64,000 nucleotides of DNA from an uncultured Chloroflexia bacterium (GTDB lineage: Bacteria > Chloroflexota > Limnocylindria > Limnocylindrales > CSP1-4): contig CAVORL010000006.1 in NCBI GenBank assembly GCA_963698595.1, positions 968,900 to 1,032,899 of the forward strand, given 5' to 3'. The position numbers and the translations under genes are program-made. The notes below the pieces were generated by a model that saw only the letters and a list, made by a program, of their open reading frames with translations, had not been told where the DNA came from and searched no databases. Shown one piece after another: positions 54,765-63,111 of this stretch (the first letter of the stretch is position 1; each line of letters starts with the position of its first letter).

Positions 54765-55517
54765 TCATGAGCGTCGATCGCCGAGGGAGGCGGCCGCCGC
54801 GCCCGCCAGCGATGCGACCGTCGGGGACGCATCCGGGTCGATCCCGGAGGCCATGCCGCCGGCGGCCTCCCAGTGGGTGCCCAGCGTGTCCGCGGCCTGT
54901 GCGAAGTGGGCGTGGAAGACCTCGCCGACAAGCGAAGGGTCGCGCCGCCGGAGGGCGTCGAGAACCGGGACGTGCTCGTCCGCGATCCGGCGCCGGTCGG
55001 CGCCGGGCGTGACGATTGTGATGTAGGTGCGCGAGAACGGCTCCAGCGTACGCCAGACCCGTTCCAGGGTTGTGTTGCCAGCCAGCGCGACGACACGGCC
55101 GTGGAAGGCCGCGTCGGCGGTCGCCTCTGCGTACGTGTCGCCGGCGTCGGCCGCTCGCTGCATCTCCGTGACGAACCCCGCGAGCTCGTCGAGGTCGTCG
55201 TCGGTGAGGCGCGGGAGGGCCAGGCGGGCGGCGAGCGTCTCGAGCTCGGCGCGGATCACGAATGCCTCGAGGAGCTCGTCCGCCGACGGGCGGCGGACGC
55301 GAGCTCCCCGGAAGGCGGTGGTCTCCACGACCCCGAGGGCCTCGAGGTCGCGCAGCGCCTCCCGCACGGGTGCCTGGCTCGTGCCGAGCTCCCGGGCCAC
55401 CCGGGTCTCGACGATCCGGGCGCCGGGCGGGTAGCGACCGTCGAGGATCGCCTGCAGGAGACGATCCTTGACCTGGTCGCTGAGGACGCTGCGCGAGATC
55501 GCGGCTTCGCGAATCAT
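54765..55517 (-). CDS. GntR-family transcriptional regulator (FadR/FCD subfamily)
   Basis: From ATG 55517. The N-terminal wHTH is ETRVARELGTSQAPVREALRDLEALGVV, followed by an all-helical FCD-type C-terminal domain. Confidence 0.88.
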   Translation of the reverse strand: MIREAAISRSVLSDQVKDRLLQAILDGRYPPGARIVETRVARELGTSQAPVREALRDLEALGVVETTAFRGARVRRPSADELLEAFVIRAELETLAARLALPRLTDDDLDELAGFVTEMQRAADAGDTYAEATADAAFHGRVVALAGNTTLERVWRTLEPFSRTYITIVTPGADRRRIADEHVPVLDALRRRDPSLVGEVFHAHFAQAADTLGTHWEAAGGMASGIDPDASPTVASLAGAAAASLGDRRS

Positions 55518-55527
55518 GGTCCCGTCG

Positions 55528-57297
55528 CTAGCTTCCGATGATCGCGGGCGCGGGCGCGGTGCTCTCAAGGATCTCCACCACGCCGGCGTTGCCGTCGACG
55601 CGGATCCGATCCCCGGTCTTGATGGTCCACGTGCCGATCGAGGTGCCCACGACCGCCGGGATGCCGTACTCGCGCGCCAGGACGGCCGGGTGCGAGACGG
55701 TGCCGCCGGCGTCGGTCACCACGGCGATGATCTTGCCGTACAGGACCTGCCAGGCCGGGTTGGTCATCTGGCAGACGAGGATCTCGCCTTCCTGAAGGCT
55801 GTCGAACTCAGCCTCGGACGAGACGACGCGGGCGATGCCCTCGACGACGCCCGGCGAGCCGGCGATGCCCGGGACCTTGCCCTCCTCGTGATCGACCGAG
55901 CGGTAGAACTTGTCGGGGAATCCCCACAGGTTCAGGTACGGGAAGGCGAGCTGCGTCGCGGTACAGGTACCCACCCAGTCTTTGGGCTGGTACGCCTCCG
56001 CCTCGGCCCGCTTTGCCCGCGCCGCGGCTGCGATCGCACGCCCGTCCATGCCGGTCGGGTTGCCGACGAAGGCGCGCAGGTCGTTGTAGCGGAACATGAT
56101 GACGTCGTCCGGGGCGTCGAGGACGCCCATCTCCACGAGCTTCTCGCCGAGGGCGATCAGCACGAGGCGGACGTGGGCGTTGGCGCCCTGGTCGATGTAG
56201 AAGTGGTGGTCCGGCGTCAGCGGGGCCATCTTGAGGTTGATCTCGTTGGCGGCGCGCATCTCCTCGAGCGCCTCGCCCTGCAACCCCTCGAGGATCTGCT
56301 TCGCGGCGGCATCGATGTCGGCCTTGAGCGCCGCAACCTTCGACTGGTAGTCGTAGTCCGACGCGTACTGGTCGCGGACGAGCTGGATGATCGGGTTCAT
56401 GTCCTCCCGGAACGACGGGAAGATGAACTCGTGGCTCCAGACCGCGTGCCAGCCGAACTCCTTCTGGTAGGGCACGACCCGCTCGTCGATGAAGCGCCGG
56501 CCGCGCGCGGTCGCCTGGAGGGCGGGCAGGATCACCGCGGATGTGGTGCCGCCGAATGCCGTGGCCAGCTCGGCGTCGACCTTGATCTCCTCCTTCATCT
56601 CCCAGAGCGCACGGATCTTGTCCCAGTTCCGGTCGCTGGCCGAGTTCTGCAGCCGCCCGAGCAGGACCTCGTCGACCTTGCCATGGGTCTTCTCCATGAC
56701 GGCCCGGAGGTTGAGCGTGGCGCTGAGCTGCGCGAAGTTCAGCATCCAGTGGATCTTCCAGTGGCGGTCGTGCATGTCGATGGCGTCTTCGAGGAGGACG
56801 GCCACCTCGGCAAGGCTCAGCTGGTCCTTCTGGTCGAGCATCCCCTCGATGTAGTCGAAGTTCCGCTGCATCTCGGGCACGAACCTGGTGCGCCACCACT
56901 CGACGAACTTATGGCCGTAGACCGGCAGGACGGCGCCGAGGTAGGCCCCGATCTTGCCGGCATACTCCGGGTCCTCGGGCACGATCGGGTTCGTGCGGTA
57001 GTTGTACTCCTGGGTCTCGACGGTCAGGCCGGCCTCGGCGGGGATCGCGGCCGTGTACAGCCAGCCGTTGATGTTCTTGTAGATCCAGTCCGTCGCGAAG
57101 GGAGTGCCGAAGCGGCGGAACATGTGGTCGCAGGAGAGCCACCAGCCGCCGATGTCCTCGTACATCGGGCTGAGCGGCTTGGGGCAGTGCAGGTCGTCGT
57201 AGACCCAGAAGAGCAGCTTCTCGGTTTCGGACGCCCACTCGATCGGGAACGTCTCGTCACCGTGGAACTCGCCGAGGACTTCTTCCTTGAGGGGCAC
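55528..57297 (-). CDS. PEP-utilising-enzyme mobile-domain protein (phenylphosphate synthase alpha/PpsA-like architecture)
   Basis: The C-terminal swivel domain is LVCQMTNPAW...TDAGGTVSHPAVLAREYGIPAVVG. From memory, the N-terminal block LLFWVYDDLHCPKPLSP resembles the substrate-binding part of PpsA-like phosphotransferases. No ATP-grasp domain is present. Confidence 0.7.
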   Translation of the reverse strand: MPLKEEVLGEFHGDETFPIEWASETEKLLFWVYDDLHCPKPLSPMYEDIGGWWLSCDHMFRRFGTPFATDWIYKNINGWLYTAAIPAEAGLTVETQEYNYRTNPIVPEDPEYAGKIGAYLGAVLPVYGHKFVEWWRTRFVPEMQRNFDYIEGMLDQKDQLSLAEVAVLLEDAIDMHDRHWKIHWMLNFAQLSATLNLRAVMEKTHGKVDEVLLGRLQNSASDRNWDKIRALWEMKEEIKVDAELATAFGGTTSAVILPALQATARGRRFIDERVVPYQKEFGWHAVWSHEFIFPSFREDMNPIIQLVRDQYASDYDYQSKVAALKADIDAAAKQILEGLQGEALEEMRAANEINLKMAPLTPDHHFYIDQGANAHVRLVLIALGEKLVEMGVLDAPDDVIMFRYNDLRAFVGNPTGMDGRAIAAAARAKRAEAEAYQPKDWVGTCTATQLAFPYLNLWGFPDKFYRSVDHEEGKVPGIAGSPGVVEGIARVVSSEAEFDSLQEGEILVCQMTNPAWQVLYGKIIAVVTDAGGTVSHPAVLAREYGIPAVVGTSIGTWTIKTGDRIRVDGNAGVVEILESTAPAPAIIGS

Positions 57298-57345
57298 CGG
57301 TGCTTCCTCCTGTACCTGCCTGGTGTCGCCCGTGGCGACCTGGTC

Positions 57346-58182
57346 TCAGATGGCAGAGGTCGTGCGCGTGATTGCCTTGAAGCGCCGCATGTTCTCCGTG
57401 ATCGCCACCTCCGTCGGGAGCCGCTCCATGCTGGACGCGCCGAAGAAGCCGGCCACGCCTGTCGTGTGTTCGAGGATGTACTGGGCGTCCTCCGGCTCGG
57501 CGATGGGGCCGCCGTGGCAGAGGACGATGGCGTCGGGGTTGACCGCCGCGGCAGCGTCCCGGATCGCCTGGACGAGCTCGGCCGCCTGCACCATGGTGAC
57601 CGCCGTCGTGGCGCCGATGACACCCTTCGTCGTCAGCCCGATGTGGGCCACCACGACGTCGGCCCCTGCCGCGGCCATGTCGCGCGCCTGGTCGGGGTCG
57701 AAGACGTACGGAGTTGTCACGAGACCCGCTTCATGGGCTGCCCGGATCATGTCCACCTCGAGGCTGAAGCCCATGCCGGTCTCCTCGAGGTTCTGCCGGA
57801 ACCGGCCATCGATCAATCCCACGGTCGGGAAGTTCTGGACTCCGGAGAAGCCAACCCGTCGGACCTCCTCGAGGAAGACCGGCATGAGCCGGAACGGGTC
57901 GGTGCCGCAGACGCCCGCCATCACCGGTGTCACCTTCACGACGGGGAGGACCTCACCGGCCATCTCCATCACGATCGCGTTGGCGTCACCGTAGGGCATG
58001 CAGCCGGCCAACGAGCCACGGCCTGCCATGCGGTAGCGTCCCGAGTTGTAGATGATGATGAGGTCGGCGCCGCCCGCCTCCGCGCACTTGGCCGAGAGCC
58101 CAGTCCCGGCCCCGGAGCCCATGATCACGCCGCCCCCATCGAGCGTCCTGCGGAGGCGTGTCAGCACATCGTCCCTGTTCAT
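57346..58182 (-). CDS. PEP-hydrolase-like TIM-barrel protein (Tm-1 C-terminal-domain family)
   Basis: From ATG 58182. [47 protein letters not shown] is the hallmark N-terminal block of this family. The start overlaps the upstream stop (ATGA). Confidence 0.8.
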   Translation of the reverse strand: MNRDDVLTRLRRTLDGGGVIMGSGAGTGLSAKCAEAGGADLIIIYNSGRYRMAGRGSLAGCMPYGDANAIVMEMAGEVLPVVKVTPVMAGVCGTDPFRLMPVFLEEVRRVGFSGVQNFPTVGLIDGRFRQNLEETGMGFSLEVDMIRAAHEAGLVTTPYVFDPDQARDMAAAGADVVVAHIGLTTKGVIGATTAVTMVQAAELVQAIRDAAAAVNPDAIVLCHGGPIAEPEDAQYILEHTTGVAGFFGASSMERLPTEVAITENMRRFKAITRTTSAI

Positions 58183-59429
58183 GCGCGCCCTCCTGCGTTC
58201 GCCGTCTGCCCCGTGGCCCACGCACGGTAATGCGCGTCGAGCCGCTCGGCCATCGCCGTCGCGAAGTCCGGGTCGTTGATGTCGGTTGCCATCACGACGA
58301 CCTCGACATCCGGCCGAAGCCCGGACCGCAGCTCCCGGATGAGGGCTGCATCGGCGGCCGGGTCGTGGAACGGGGCGCCGGGGACGTCAATCATCGAGAC
58401 CCCGCCGAGCGGGATGAAGACGCTCAGGGGTCCCGTCGCCTGGTTCAGCTTGCGGGCCATGATCCGCCCCAGCTCGGCGCACTCCTCCTCCGTCGTCCGC
58501 ATGAGCGTAACCGTCGCGTTGTGGACATAGAGGTTGCGGCCCCTGAACTCCGGGGGGACCGTCTCCTCGGGCCCGAAGTTGCACATGTCGAGGGCCCCGA
58601 GCGAGACGACCTGGGGGATGCCGAGGGAGCCCGCCATCTCGAGCCGTTCGGGTCCTGCGGAGAGGACCCCTCCGACCAGCTCGTCCACGAGCTCGGTGGT
58701 CGTGATGTCGAGCGACCCCGTGATGAAGCCGGCCTGCATGAGGGCTTCCATGGACCTCCCGCCGGAGCCCGTGGCGTGGAAGACGAGGACCTCGTAGCCG
58801 TGCGCTTCCAGCCACTCCCGGGCCACCGTGACGCTCGGGGTCGTCACCCCGAACATCGTGGCCCCGATGAGCGGTTTCGGCGGGATCTTCGAGACGAACG
58901 ACGCCGACGCCCTCGCCATCCCGGCGATCCCGACGGCCGCGTTGGTGAGGATCCTTTCCGAGAGGACGTTGATGCCGGCGATATCGACGACGGAGTACAT
59001 CATCGCGATATCGGAGGTACCGACGTAGGGGCGGGTGTCCCCGGAACCCATCGTCGAGACGATCATCTTGGGGACGCCGACCGGCAGGGCCTGCATCGCC
59101 GCGCAGACGATCGACGAGCCGCCCGACCCGCCCACGCCGAGGATCCCGTCGAGCTTGCCCTCCGCGTGGAGGCGCTTGACGATCTCGGTCGCGCCACGGC
59201 TCATGGCGAGGACGCCCGGCCCGCGGTCGCCGGCCGCGGCCAGGGCGGCGCGGCTCTCGCCGGCCGCCCCCGCGACCTCGTCGGCGGTGATGTCGCCCGG
59301 CGACGGGTCGCTCAGCACGCCCGCGTCGACGAGGATCACGTCACATCCGGTTTCGCGGACCCGATCGCGCAGGAACTCGTACTCGCTGCCCTTCGTGTCG
59401 AGGGTCCCGAGGAGCACGACGCTCGTCAT
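58179..59429 (-). CDS. UPF0261-family protein (Tm-1 N-terminal-domain family, nucleotide binding)
   Basis: From ATG 59429. It has [28 protein letters not shown] and MFGVTTP blocks. It is the first gene of the long minus-strand gene train. Confidence 0.8.
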   Translation of the reverse strand: MTSVVLLGTLDTKGSEYEFLRDRVRETGCDVILVDAGVLSDPSPGDITADEVAGAAGESRAALAAAGDRGPGVLAMSRGATEIVKRLHAEGKLDGILGVGGSGGSSIVCAAMQALPVGVPKMIVSTMGSGDTRPYVGTSDIAMMYSVVDIAGINVLSERILTNAAVGIAGMARASASFVSKIPPKPLIGATMFGVTTPSVTVAREWLEAHGYEVLVFHATGSGGRSMEALMQAGFITGSLDITTTELVDELVGGVLSAGPERLEMAGSLGIPQVVSLGALDMCNFGPEETVPPEFRGRNLYVHNATVTLMRTTEEECAELGRIMARKLNQATGPLSVFIPLGGVSMIDVPGAPFHDPAADAALIRELRSGLRPDVEVVVMATDINDPDFATAMAERLDAHYRAWATGQTANAGGRA

Positions 59430-59515
59430 GCGTGCGACCTCCTGCGACTCCGCCCGGGCGCCGGTGTGGGTGTGGGGGTTCCCTGGCGGCCGCAATGGGA
59501 GCCCGCATACACTCG

Positions 59516-59562
59516 ATAATCGATTACCGATAACGATAGGAACCGGCACCCGGTCCCGTCAA
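59516..59562 (-). promoter_or_regulatory. sigma70-like promoter (TTGACG-18-TATCGT, minus strand) followed by an AT-rich operator
   Basis: -35 is the complement of 59557-59562 and -10 the complement of 59533-59538. The operator 12-mer at 59516-59527 (ATAATCGATTAC, 11/12) lies 87 bp upstream of the UPF0261 gene start. Confidence 0.6.
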
Positions 59563-59736
59563 GCCCCAAACGGTCCTCGGACGGCTCTCGGGCACTGACC
59601 TGGGCCCGGGCGGCATGACCGTGCGGCCGGCGCGCGGCACGACGCGGGACGATTGAGCCCGTCATGGACGGGCTCGACGACCCGGTGATCTGGGCGGCCC
59701 GGCTCGACGATCCCCCGCCCCTCGCCGCGTGGCAGC

Positions 59737-59777
59737 TTGATTGCCCCCTTGCAGAACAAGCATCGATCATCGATTAT
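59737..59777 (+). promoter_or_regulatory. -35-like TTGATT plus an AT-rich operator upstream of the transaldolase gene
   Basis: The operator 12-mer ATCATCGATTAT at 59766-59777 matches at 11/12. TTGATT lies at 59737-59742. The -10 is not convincing (AAGCAT). Confidence 0.5.
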
Positions 59778-59850
59778 ATCCTCGACCGCAGACCGTTGCA
59801 CGGCCGAGGAAACGGATGCCGGCCCACACCGCCTTCGCCGAGGTGACTCC

Positions 59851-60945
59851 ATGCTGACCGCTGCGCCCCATAGCCCACTCCTGCGGATGACGCAGGAAAC
59901 CCCCACCCAGTACTGGAACGATTCCTGCGCGGTCGAGGAGCTCGCCTACGCGGTCGAGCGCGGCGCGACCGGCGCGACCTCGAATCCGAGCATCGTGCTC
60001 GAGGTCATGAAGAAGGAGCGGGCCCACTGGGTACCGCGCGTCCTCGAGATGGCCGCGGCCAACCCGACATGGTCGGAGGTCGAGCTGACCTGGGCGATCA
60101 TCGAGGAGATGGCCACCCGGGGCGCTGGGATCCTGGAGCCGGTCTTCGATCGGCTCGACGGCCGGGCCGGGCGGCTCTCCGTCCAGACAAACCCCGCGAA
60201 CCACAGGGATCCGACCCGCATGGTCGAGCAGGCGGTCCGCTTCGCCGGCCTTGCGCGGAACATGCAGGTCAAGTTCCCGGCCACCGCGGCCGGGATCACG
60301 GCGATCGAGGAGGCCACGTTTCGCGGCGTCAGCATCAACGCCACCGTGAGCTTCACCGTGCCGCAGGCGCTTGCCGCCGCTGAGGCCGTCGAGCGCGGTC
60401 TCGAGAGGCGTGTGGCCGCCGGCGGCGACGTCGCATCGATGACCCCGATAGTCACCATCATGATCGGCCGGCTCGACGACTGGATGAAGGTCCTCGTCGA
60501 GCGCGACGACCTGGCGGTCCACCCGGACGCACCGAACTGGGCCGGCATCGCCGCGTTCAAGCGAGCCTACGCCATCTTCCGGGAGCGCCGATACCGGTCG
60601 CGCTTGCTTGCCGCCGCCTACCGGCACCGGCTCCACTGGACGGAGCTCGTGGGTGGGGACGTGAGCATGACGCTCCCCTACCCCTGGCAGGTCCGCTTCA
60701 ACAAGAGCGGAATCGAGCCCGTGGCTCGGATGGAGGCTCCCGTCGATCCGGCACTCATCGCGGACCTCTACGATCGCATCCCCGACTTCCGGCGAGCGTA
60801 CGAACCCGACGGCCTCATGCCCGAGGAGTTCGAGGGCTTCGGGGCCAGCTCCCGGACCCTCCGCACGTTCGTGAAGTCCTACCACGACCTCCAGGCAGCC
60901 ATCCGCGACCTGGTCCTGCCCGACCCGGACGTCCGCCTGGCCTGA
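59851..60945 (+). CDS. transaldolase-family protein
   Basis: ATG 59851 has a GAGGTG RBS. It has TQYWNDSC, GATGATSNPSI and VQTNP, with the Schiff-base Lys context MQVKFPAT. Confidence 0.85.
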   Translation: MLTAAPHSPLLRMTQETPTQYWNDSCAVEELAYAVERGATGATSNPSIVLEVMKKERAHWVPRVLEMAAANPTWSEVELTWAIIEEMATRGAGILEPVFDRLDGRAGRLSVQTNPANHRDPTRMVEQAVRFAGLARNMQVKFPATAAGITAIEEATFRGVSINATVSFTVPQALAAAEAVERGLERRVAAGGDVASMTPIVTIMIGRLDDWMKVLVERDDLAVHPDAPNWAGIAAFKRAYAIFRERRYRSRLLAAAYRHRLHWTELVGGDVSMTLPYPWQVRFNKSGIEPVARMEAPVDPALIADLYDRIPDFRRAYEPDGLMPEEFEGFGASSRTLRTFVKSYHDLQAAIRDLVLPDPDVRLA

Positions 60946-60997
60946 TCCGCCCACCAGCGAACCCGACGAGAACGCTCCCAGAGGAGGCATCCCCACG

Positions 60998-62527
60998 ATG
61001 GTCATCGAGACCCCCGCGCAGCCCGCGACGCTGCCCATCCTGTCCCACTGGATCGCCGGCCGGCCGGTCGAGGTCCTGCCCGAGCAGACCGGCCCCATCT
61101 ACAACCCGGCCACCGGGCAGGTCATCGCCCGCGTCCCGCGCGGCGGGGCCGCCGAGGTCGAGGTCGCCGTGGCGGCCGCGAAGGCTGCCTTCCCGGCCTG
61201 GCGCGACACGCCCCTCATCGCCCGCAGCGGGATCTTCTTCGCCTGGCGCGAGCTGCTCTTCCGCCACCGCGAGGAGCTGGCCGCCCTCATCACCCGCGAC
61301 CACGGGAAGACGTTCCCCGACGCCTTCGCCGAGGTCATGCGGGGCCTCGAGACCGTGGAGTTCGCGGCGGGCCTGCCGGTCCACCTCGCCGGGATGATGA
61401 CGCCGAACGTCGCCACCAACGTCGACGCCTTCACGCTGCGCGCCCCGCTCGGGGTCACCGCCGCGATCACGCCCTTCAACTTCCCGGTCATGGTCCCCAT
61501 GTGGATCGTCCCGATCGCCCTCGCCTGCGGGAACACCGTCCTCCTCAAGCCCTCCAGCCACACCCCCGGCGCCACCCAGCTCCAGGCCGAGCTGTGGACG
61601 GAGGCCGGCGGGCCCGACGGCACGTTCAACGTGGTGTACGGCGGCCGGGAGGCCGTGACCGCCATCGTCGAGCATCCCGACATCCGGGCCATCCAGTTCG
61701 TCGGCTCCACCGCCGTCGGGCGCTACGTCTACGAGGAAGGCACCCGGCGCGGCAAGCGTGTCGGCGCCTACACCAGCGCCAAGAACGCGATGGTCGTCCT
61801 GCCCGACGCCGACATGGAGCTGACCGCCGACGCCGCCGTGGCATCCGGCTTCGGCTCCGCCGGCGAGCGCTGCATGGCCCAGACCCTCGTCATCGCCGTC
61901 GGCGACACCGCCGAGCGCCTGCGCCCGCTCATGCTCGAGCGGATCGCGAAGCTCAAGATCGGGCCCGGCATGGAGCAGGGCGTCGACATGGGCCCCATCT
62001 ACACCCGCGAGCACCGCGAGTCGGTGATCCGCTGGATCGACATCGGCGAGGCCGAGGGGGCCGAGCTCGTCGTCGACGGGCGGCCCTTCGTCCACCCGGA
62101 GCAGCCCGAGGGCTACTTCCTCGGCGTGTCGCTCTTCGACCACGTCACGCCGGACATGAAGATCTACCAGGAGGAGATCTTCGGGCCGGTCCTCGGCATC
62201 GTCCACGCCACCACGTACGACGAGGCGCTCGGCCTCATCAACGGCCACCAGTACGCCAACGGGACCGCGATCTTCACGACCGACGGCGGCGCCGCCCGGC
62301 GCTTCAAGCTCGAAGTCGACGTCCCGATGATCGGGGTCAACGTGCCGATCCCGGTGCCGGCCGGGTACCTCTCCTTCGGCGGCTCGAAGGAGTCGGCCCT
62401 CGGCGACCTCGCCATGCGCGGCGAGGACGGGATCCGCTTCTTCACCCAGCAGAAGATGGTCACCGAGCGCTGGCCGGAGCCCGGCCGCCGCGGCGCCCTC
62501 TCCCTCGTCTTCCCCGGCAACAGCTGA
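60998..62527 (+). CDS. mmsA: CoA-acylating methylmalonate-semialdehyde dehydrogenase (MmsA/IolA type)
   Basis: ITPFNFP, LKPS, FVGST, GERCMA (catalytic Cys) and IGVNVPIPVPAGYLSFGGSKES, which is typical of MMSDH rather than generic ALDH. Confidence 0.85.
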   Translation: MVIETPAQPATLPILSHWIAGRPVEVLPEQTGPIYNPATGQVIARVPRGGAAEVEVAVAAAKAAFPAWRDTPLIARSGIFFAWRELLFRHREELAALITRDHGKTFPDAFAEVMRGLETVEFAAGLPVHLAGMMTPNVATNVDAFTLRAPLGVTAAITPFNFPVMVPMWIVPIALACGNTVLLKPSSHTPGATQLQAELWTEAGGPDGTFNVVYGGREAVTAIVEHPDIRAIQFVGSTAVGRYVYEEGTRRGKRVGAYTSAKNAMVVLPDADMELTADAAVASGFGSAGERCMAQTLVIAVGDTAERLRPLMLERIAKLKIGPGMEQGVDMGPIYTREHRESVIRWIDIGEAEGAELVVDGRPFVHPEQPEGYFLGVSLFDHVTPDMKIYQEEIFGPVLGIVHATTYDEALGLINGHQYANGTAIFTTDGGAARRFKLEVDVPMIGVNVPIPVPAGYLSFGGSKESALGDLAMRGEDGIRFFTQQKMVTERWPEPGRRGALSLVFPGNS

Positions 62528-62568
62528 GACCGCCTCCCGGCGGCGAGCCCGCCGGGCCACGACCACGC

Positions 62569-62600
62569 GAAGGGGCCCCTCCCGGAGGAGGGGCCCCTTC
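62569..62600 (+). terminator. intrinsic terminator hairpin after mmsA
   Basis: GAAGGGGCCCCTCC-CGGA-GGAGGGGCCCCTTC forms a perfect 14-bp stem with a 4-nt loop, followed by GATTCTGTT. Confidence 0.75.
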
Positions 62601-62653
62601 GATTCTGTTCCGGGTGGGGACGGCCCCGTCACGCGACCCACCGGCCCGCGGGG

Positions 62654-62696
62654 TTGACCGGGCATCGCACCGGGCGTAACATCGATAATCGATTAT
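62654..62696 (+). promoter_or_regulatory. sigma70-like promoter TTGACC-17-TAACAT abutting the perfect palindromic operator ATAATCGATTAT
   Basis: -35 at 62654-62659, -10 at 62677-62682 and the operator at 62685-62696 (perfect 12-bp palindrome), 47 bp upstream of the cupin gene ATG. Confidence 0.65.
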
Positions 62697-62742
62697 GCGC
62701 CGCACTCCCCCGGCGCATCATGACCCCAGGCGAGGTGCTCGG

Positions 62743-63111
62743 ATGATCAAACGGGTCGCGAGGTCCGAGGCGGAGCTCTTCCCGCTCCCGGGTCGCAGCT
62801 GGTACACGTACGTCGGGCCCCAAAACACCCCGACAGAGCGGATCTCGATGGGGGTCTCGATCTTCCCCCCGGGCTCGAAGCCGGCCGGGCACGTCCACGA
62901 CAGTCAGGAGGAGACGATCTACTGCGCGGCCGGGCGTGGACGAATCGTCACGCCGGAGGCCACCGCCGAGATCGAGCCGGGCGTGACCGTGTGGGTACCC
63001 GTCGGCACCTTCCACGCGACCGAGTCTGACGGGCCCGACCCCCTCGAGCTCGTCTGCTTCTTCTCGCCGCCGGTGGTCCCGGGCTCCTACGAGAAGAAGG
63101 CCGCTTCATGA
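62743..63111 (+). CDS. cupin-domain protein
   Basis: ATG 62743. Cupin motif 1 is GHVHDSQEETIYCAAG and motif 2 is GVTVWVPVGTFHATES. The stop overlaps the next start (ATGA). Confidence 0.8.
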   Translation: MIKRVARSEAELFPLPGRSWYTYVGPQNTPTERISMGVSIFPPGSKPAGHVHDSQEETIYCAAGRGRIVTPEATAEIEPGVTVWVPVGTFHATESDGPDPLELVCFFSPPVVPGSYEKKAAS

